The notes under the pieces were generated by a model. That model saw nothing but the letters and a program-made list of their open reading frames with translations. It did not search any database and was not told the origin of the DNA. Below, piece after piece: positions 58,929-64,000 of a DNA stretch of 64,000 nucleotides. The stretch lies in contig CAYVLZ010000003.1 in NCBI GenBank assembly GCA_964452525.1, positions 54,736 to 118,735 on the forward strand, read 5' to 3'. This DNA is from Candidatus Woesearchaeota archaeon (GTDB lineage Archaea; Nanobdellota; Nanobdellia; SCGC-AAA011-G17; CAYFGV01). How positions within the stretch are numbered: the stretch's first letter is position 1; every line of letters begins with the position of its first letter. Position numbers and translations under genes: made by a program.

Positions 58929-59198
58929 ATGAAAGATAAATTCAAAACCAAATCCGTAAAAAAAATGTATAAAAGAATTCCTGGAGGAAAGACCGTAATA
59001 CATTATAAGAAAGAGAAACCAGGCATACAAAAATGTGCAGAATGCAAAAAGCCTCTACACGGAATCCCCAAATTATCAACTTCCAAACTTAGTGGCATGC
59101 CAAAAACTAAAAAAAGACCACAAAGATCCTACGGCGGATATCTGTGTTCTAAATGCAGCAGAAGAAAAATAACGGAGAAGATTAGAGGAAATGCTTGA
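58929..59198 (+). CDS. rpl34e: ribosomal protein eL34
   Basis: CAECKKPLHGIP...CSKCSRR zinc motif in a basic 89-aa protein. Confidence 0.8.
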   Translation: MKDKFKTKSVKKMYKRIPGGKTVIHYKKEKPGIQKCAECKKPLHGIPKLSTSKLSGMPKTKKRPQRSYGGYLCSKCSRRKITEKIRGNA

Positions 59199-59535
59199 AA
59201 TAGGAAGACTATGTTATAAAATATCTGGAAGAGAAGCTGGAAATATAGTAGTAATAGTAGATCATCTAGATAATAATCATGTTTTAATAGACGGAAATGT
59301 AAAAAGAAGAAAATGCAATATTTCCCATTTAGAACCTACTGAGAGAATCCTAAAAATAAAAAAAAGAGATTCTACAGAAAACATACATAGAGCTATGTCG
59401 GTGGCCAAAATCAAGGTTATTAAAAAGAAGCCAAAAGAAGAAAAGAAAGAATCTTTAGATAAAATATCTAAAAATAAAAAACCCAAAAAGAAAAATGAAA
59501 GAAAACGAAAAAGAGCTTCAACAAAAGTACGTTGA
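59191..59535 (+). CDS. rpl14e: ribosomal protein eL14 (KOW) with K-rich tail
   Basis: EIGRLCYKISGREAGNIVVIVD KOW motif. Confidence 0.75.
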   Translation: MLEIGRLCYKISGREAGNIVVIVDHLDNNHVLIDGNVKRRKCNISHLEPTERILKIKKRDSTENIHRAMSVAKIKVIKKKPKEEKKESLDKISKNKKPKKKNERKRKRASTKVR

Positions 59536-59905
59536 ATTACAAATTTTGAGTAATACTGCCAACCAGATGGAGCAAAATTTAAATCTGATGGAGTCGCAAA
59601 TAGTTGAACTCAAAAGACTTAATGAAAGCCTAGAAAATCTAGAAAAAGTCAAGAAGGATACAGAAAGTTTTGTTCCTATCGGTGGGGGCATCTTGGTTAA
59701 AGCTCAAATTAAAGATACAAAAAAAGTCTTACTTAATGTGGGAAGTAAGGTATTAACTGAGAAGAAAATACCGGAAACTAAGGAATATATAGATAAACAA
59801 ATAAAGGAGCTAGAAAGATTACTTTCACATTCAAACTCAGAATTAGAAAAGATAACATCCCAAATAGAGAATTTACAAAACGATATGCAAGAACTTTCTA
59901 AGTAG
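59495..59905 (+). CDS. pfdA: prefoldin alpha subunit
   Basis: Coiled coil - double beta hairpin (FVPIGGGILVKAQIKDTKKVLLNVGSKVL) - coiled coil. Confidence 0.7.
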   Translation: MKENEKELQQKYVELQILSNTANQMEQNLNLMESQIVELKRLNESLENLEKVKKDTESFVPIGGGILVKAQIKDTKKVLLNVGSKVLTEKKIPETKEYIDKQIKELERLLSHSNSELEKITSQIENLQNDMQELSK

Positions 59906-59937
59906 ATTACATATAGTTTATAAATAATGACTCATTC

Positions 59938-61236
59938 TTGTCTCTTATGGAGTCAAAATTCCTAGATTTTTACAGTAGAAGGGATATACAAAAGGAGATA
60001 GTCTTTAATTCTAAAGATCGAGAAGTGGCTGTAAAATTCTCAGATAAAGGTTTTGGAAAAAGACCAGATGTTCTACAATTCGAGAGTGATGTCTTAGAAT
60101 TTGCAAAACAAGGTGCGACATCTTTTCACATTTCTGAAGAATTATGGCACAATCCCCTTGAACTAGAGGCGGGGATGACAAAAAAACAACTAGACGAAAT
60201 AAGAAAAGGTTTTGATTTAATACTTGATATAGATTGCCCGGACTTGGAGTACTCTAAGATTACAACATACTTACTAACCGAGGCTTTAAAATTTCACGAT
60301 ATAAAAAATTTATCAGTTAAATATAGTGGAAATAAAGGATTTCATATTGCAATCCCCTTCAAAGCTCTCCCCCTTTCAGCGAATAATATTCAAACAAGAT
60401 TACTATTCCCCGAGGCTCCAAGAACAATAGCGGAATATTTGCAAGATATGATAAAAGAACATCTCACTGCAAAAATCTTAGAAAAAGAATCCCCAAAAGA
60501 GATATCTAAAAAAATAAATAAAAAGCTGGGAGAGTTGATAAAAGAAGACAAATTCAACCCATTCTCAATAGTTTCAATAGACACAGTTTTAATATCAAGT
60601 AGACACATGTTTAGAGCTCCATATTCTTTTCACGAGAAAACAGGCCTGATAAGTATTCCATTGGATCCAAAAAATGTGATTAGATTCAATGCCCTAGAAG
60701 CTGAACCTGAAAAAGTTAAAACAAACATAAGGTTTTTGGATGACTCTAAAATAAAAGACCAAGAAGCCACAAACTTATTTTTACAAGCATTAGATTGGAA
60801 GCTAAAGAAAAAACCAGAAATACAAAAAATAAGAAAATTTAATGCTCCTAAAAACGCTGTAAGATCAGATTTCTTCCCGCCCTGCATAAAAATATGTTTA
60901 AACGGGATGAAGAATGATGGGAGAAAAAGAGCATTATTCGTCTTAGTAAACTACCTCAGGAATGTAGGCTATTCCATAGACCACGTAAAAAGTCTAATAG
61001 ATAAATGGAACAAAAAAAACTACCAACCCTTAAATGAAGGTTATATACAAGGTCAGATTAGTTGGCATAAGAGACAGAAACAAGCCATATTGCCTCCGAA
61101 TTGCCCTCATGTTTCTAGTACGCAGTATTATAAAGAAATAGGGATCTGCCACCCAGACAATATGTGTAAATTAATTAAAAATCCAGTAAACTATACAACA
61201 AGAAAACTTAGAATTCTAAATCAAACAAGAAAATAG
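59938..61236 (+). CDS. priS: DNA primase: PriS catalytic domain fused to a PriL-CTD-like Fe-S domain
   Basis: PriS motifs LILDIDCPD (DxD) and SGNKGFHI. C-terminal about 130 aa contain the PPC motif and Cys spacing 73/15/6-9 resembling the PriL C-terminal 4Fe-4S domain. Confidence 0.7.
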   Translation: MSLMESKFLDFYSRRDIQKEIVFNSKDREVAVKFSDKGFGKRPDVLQFESDVLEFAKQGATSFHISEELWHNPLELEAGMTKKQLDEIRKGFDLILDIDCPDLEYSKITTYLLTEALKFHDIKNLSVKYSGNKGFHIAIPFKALPLSANNIQTRLLFPEAPRTIAEYLQDMIKEHLTAKILEKESPKEISKKINKKLGELIKEDKFNPFSIVSIDTVLISSRHMFRAPYSFHEKTGLISIPLDPKNVIRFNALEAEPEKVKTNIRFLDDSKIKDQEATNLFLQALDWKLKKKPEIQKIRKFNAPKNAVRSDFFPPCIKICLNGMKNDGRKRALFVLVNYLRNVGYSIDHVKSLIDKWNKKNYQPLNEGYIQGQISWHKRQKQAILPPNCPHVSSTQYYKEIGICHPDNMCKLIKNPVNYTTRKLRILNQTRK

Positions 61237-61296
61237 CAAGTTAGAAAACAATTTAAACCCACCCTGTTCTATTTGAAGGTATAGAAAATTGAAAAA

Positions 61297-61872
61297 ATGA
61301 TCAACAAAAAAAGTAAAAAAATAATTATTTTTTCACTATTAGTTATTTTAATAATTTCTTTAATGATTCTAGTCCGAATTATAAGTCCAGAAGAGATAGT
61401 AGATAGAATTGGAGTACGAAATGGATATATTCTTGCTTTTGTAGTTTCTTTTTTCGGAGGTTTTTCTGCTGCAGGATCAATTTCTTTTATTACCCTTTTA
61501 ATAACACTTGTTGCAGGAGGGATTAATCCCTTTTATTTGGCTTTGGTATCTGGAATAAGTCTAGCAATTGGAGATATGATAATGTTCTATTTAGGATCTA
61601 AGGGAAGGGAATTGATTAGAGGGAGATTAGACAAAAAGATAGATAGCCTAGCCAACATCTTCAAACAAAAAAAAACGCTACAGAAACTGATTCCGATTCT
61701 TACTTATCTTTACATTGGCTTTGCACCTTTGCCAAACGACCTCTTAATACTCTTTCTTGCAGCAATAGAGTATCCTATGAAGAAAATGAACATCATAATA
61801 ATCATGGGAGATCTAACCTTTGCCTTGGTGGTTACCTTTTTAGCTGCAAAAGGCATCATGTTTTTTATCTAA
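61297..61872 (+). CDS. polytopic membrane protein, possibly DedA/VTT-domain family
   Basis: Five to six TM helices; short glycine/proline-containing re-entrant-like segments. Confidence 0.35.
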   Translation: MINKKSKKIIIFSLLVILIISLMILVRIISPEEIVDRIGVRNGYILAFVVSFFGGFSAAGSISFITLLITLVAGGINPFYLALVSGISLAIGDMIMFYLGSKGRELIRGRLDKKIDSLANIFKQKKTLQKLIPILTYLYIGFAPLPNDLLILFLAAIEYPMKKMNIIIIMGDLTFALVVTFLAAKGIMFFI

Positions 61873-61959
61873 TTAGCTATATCTAAGCTACTCTAGAAGC
61901 TTTAAAGTTTAGTTTACTCAAAAGAAAGATTTATAAATATAAGCTATAAACTAGCTCTC

Positions 61960-62151
61960 ATGGGGAGAATAAAGCCAACATTAATCAAGAGAACATCTAA
62001 AAAACTGTTTGATAGTCATAAAGATAGATTCAAGAAAGATTTTAATGATAATAAAGGAATAGTGGAAGAGTTATTAGAGATACAATCAAAGAAATTTAGA
62101 AATGTAATAGCAGGTTATATAACTAAATTGGTAAAACAACAGAGATCCTAA
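61960..62151 (+). CDS. rps17e: ribosomal protein eS17
   Basis: MGRIKPTLIKRTSKKLFDSHKDRFKKDFNDNKGIVEEL...SKKFRNVIAGYITKL. Confidence 0.8.
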   Translation: MGRIKPTLIKRTSKKLFDSHKDRFKKDFNDNKGIVEELLEIQSKKFRNVIAGYITKLVKQQRS

Positions 62152-62189
62152 TCATTTTAACAAAAACGTTGAACAGGAGGTAACAAAAA

Positions 62190-62480
62190 ATGGCAGAAAA
62201 AACAGACGACCACACAGTATTTGTTGGAAATAAGCCGTTCATGAATTATGTTACTGGCGTGGTTATGCAGTTTACAACCCAAAACGCAAAAGAGGTAGTA
62301 GTTAAAGCTCGGGGTAAATTTATTGCCAGAGCAGTAGATATAGCAGAAGTAGCCACAAAGAGATTTTTAGAAAATACAGTAAATATAAAAGATATTAAAA
62401 TAGACTCAGAGGAATTCGAAAACAAAGAAGGTAAAACAGTGAGAGTTTCCACAATAGAGATATTGTTAGCAAAAAAATAA
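62190..62480 (+). CDS. alba: Alba DNA/RNA-binding protein
   Basis: [20 protein letters not shown]...[19 protein letters not shown]...VSTIEILL. Confidence 0.85.
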   Translation: MAEKTDDHTVFVGNKPFMNYVTGVVMQFTTQNAKEVVVKARGKFIARAVDIAEVATKRFLENTVNIKDIKIDSEEFENKEGKTVRVSTIEILLAKK

Positions 62481-62551
62481 TTCCTCTTTTTTCTTTTTTC
62501 CTTCTGGGGAAAACATTTAAATATTGATTTTTATGAATAAATATAAAAAAG

Positions 62552-62923
62552 ATGGGCAAGAATAAAATGGATTTACATAAAAAATTTACCCTTGCAATTG
62601 CTTTATTTTTAATTTTATTGTTAGGAGGCACATTTGTTTATTCTTCTATTGAAGGATGGAGATATATTGATTCAGCATACTTTACTGTAGCAACGGTGAC
62701 CACTGTCGGATATGGAGATATTGTTCCACAAACAGATATAGGAAAAATATTCACTATGTTTTTTTCTTTTATTGGAATCGGAATGGCATTTTATTTTTTT
62801 ACATCATTTGGAAAATATATTTACAAAAAAACCTTTCAGAATGAATTAATAAAACATCATAACAAATTAATAAAACAAGTTAAATTAAATATTCATAAAA
62901 ATTATAGGCTAAAAAAGAGATAA
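62552..62923 (+). CDS. minimal two-TM potassium channel
   Basis: Selectivity filter TVTTVGYGD between two TM helices; 123 aa. Confidence 0.8.
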   Translation: MGKNKMDLHKKFTLAIALFLILLLGGTFVYSSIEGWRYIDSAYFTVATVTTVGYGDIVPQTDIGKIFTMFFSFIGIGMAFYFFTSFGKYIYKKTFQNELIKHHNKLIKQVKLNIHKNYRLKKR

Positions 62924-62929
62924 GCAACC

Positions 62930-64000
62930 ATGGAAATCTTCATAGAATTAAGTATAATTATTAGCATAACTGTTTTAATTGCAGGAATAATGAGGTTGTT
63001 AAAACAACCTTTAATGATTGGTTATATTCTTGCAGGAGTAATTGTCAGTCCTTATCTTTTAGATATTGTACAATCAACAGAAACTATAAAAGTTTTCTCT
63101 CAAATAGGCATAGCATTGCTTCTTTTTATCGTTGGTTTAAATTTAAGTCCTAAAGTCATAAAAGAAGTTGGAAAAGTTTCTTTAATAACAGGGATTGGTC
63201 AGATTGTTTTTACATCTTTGCTTGGTTTTTTGATGAGTACATTATTAGGATTTTCAGTAACCGTTTCATTATACATCGCAATTGCCCTAACATTTAGTAG
63301 TACAATTATAATTATGAAGCTACTATCTGATAAAAGAGACCTAGAAAAATTATATGGAAAAATTTCAATTGGTTTTCTATTGGTTCAGGATATTTTTGTG
63401 ATAATCCTTTTAACGGTAATTTCTTCTTTTATGGGTAACTTAAGTACAACTAATTTATCTTTTGGAAGTATTTTAAGCGGAATTTTGCTAATTGGGGGAC
63501 TTGTTTTAATAAGCATTTATGTTCTACCCAGCTTATCGAAATTCTTCGCCAAATCACAAGAATTTCTGTTTTTATTTTCAATTGGATGGGGGTTAGGTTT
63601 AGCAGCACTATTTCATTATGTGGGCTTTTCAATGGAAATAGGCGCTTTAGTTGCAGGTATTGCTCTTTCTATGTCTCCTTTCCATTATGAGATTAGTTCA
63701 AAGATGAGGCCTTTAAGGGACTTCTTTATTATTTTATTTTTTATACTCCTTGGATCTCAGTTGGTTTTCGGAAGCATAAATGAACTCATTGTCCCAGCGA
63801 TAATCTTCTCCTTGTTTATTCTTATTGGAAATCCATTGATTGTTATGATTTTAATGGGTTTGCTTGGCTACAAGAAAAAGACAGGATTCCAAGCAGGACT
63901 TACAGTAGCTCAAATAAGTGAATTTTCTTTAATTCTTATAGCATTAGGAGTTACTGTGGGTCATCTAACTAATGAGATATTATCACTCGTTACAATCGTT
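62930..64000 (+). CDS. cation:proton antiporter (CPA2/Kef-type), 5'-partial at window end
   Basis: ATG at 62930, 12+ TM helices typical of Na+/H+ exchanger family, no stop before the window end; absent from the ORF track for that reason. Confidence 0.7.
   Translation, partial: MEIFIELSIIISITVLIAGIMRLLKQPLMIGYILAGVIVSPYLLDIVQSTETIKVFSQIGIALLLFIVGLNLSPKVIKEVGKVSLITGIGQIVFTSLLGFLMSTLLGFSVTVSLYIAIALTFSSTIIIMKLLSDKRDLEKLYGKISIGFLLVQDIFVIILLTVISSFMGNLSTTNLSFGSILSGILLIGGLVLISIYVLPSLSKFFAKSQEFLFLFSIGWGLGLAALFHYVGFSMEIGALVAGIALSMSPFHYEISSKMRPLRDFFIILFFILLGSQLVFGSINELIVPAIIFSLFILIGNPLIVMILMGLLGYKKKTGFQAGLTVAQISEFSLILIALGVTVGHLTNEILSLVTIV

Noticed and set aside
1-64000. CRISPR arrays, rRNA genes, IS elements
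   Set aside because: No regularly spaced direct repeats, no rRNA-length GC-rich segments and no transposase-like ORFs were seen

Overview
The window is AT-rich (about 30% GC), gene-dense and archaeal, with a heavily lysine- and glutamate-rich proteome. It resembles a reduced DPANN-type genome (Nanoarchaeota/Woesearchaeota-like).

**Main content**
- A near-complete archaeal ribosomal-protein 'spc/S10-like' cluster runs from uL3 to SecY. It includes aIF1/SUI1 and RNase P Rpp29, and continues with a DUF106 Oxa1-like insertase, L34e, L14e and prefoldin alpha.
- A striking concentration of replication and information-processing genes: family-B DNA polymerase, FEN1, a PD-(D/E)xK nuclease with a PIP-like tail, RFC small and large subunits plus an OB-fold SSB, MCM, TBP, Topo VI A/B, type IA topoisomerase, a single-polypeptide primase whose C-terminus looks like the PriL Fe-S domain, Cdc48, RadB, and a XerA-like tyrosine recombinase.
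- Translation genes are seryl- and isoleucyl-tRNA synthetases, the initiation factors aIF2-beta and aIF1A, and Elp3.
- Six tRNA genes, three of them intron-containing; one appears to carry two introns. tRNA upstream regions share a consistent BRE/TATA-like promoter motif (AAAAC-TTTWWA) about 24 nt upstream.

**Secondary features**
- There are no rRNA genes, CRISPR arrays or clear mobile elements.

**Most notable observations**
- The apparently fused primase.
- An IleRS whose HIGH and KMSKS signature motifs are both non-canonical.
- Intron-rich tRNAs.
- A GC-rich structured element upstream of ileS.
- A collagen-like-repeat membrane protein.
- An orphan HerA-like ATPase.
- Loss of adk and cmk from the otherwise conserved secY neighbourhood.
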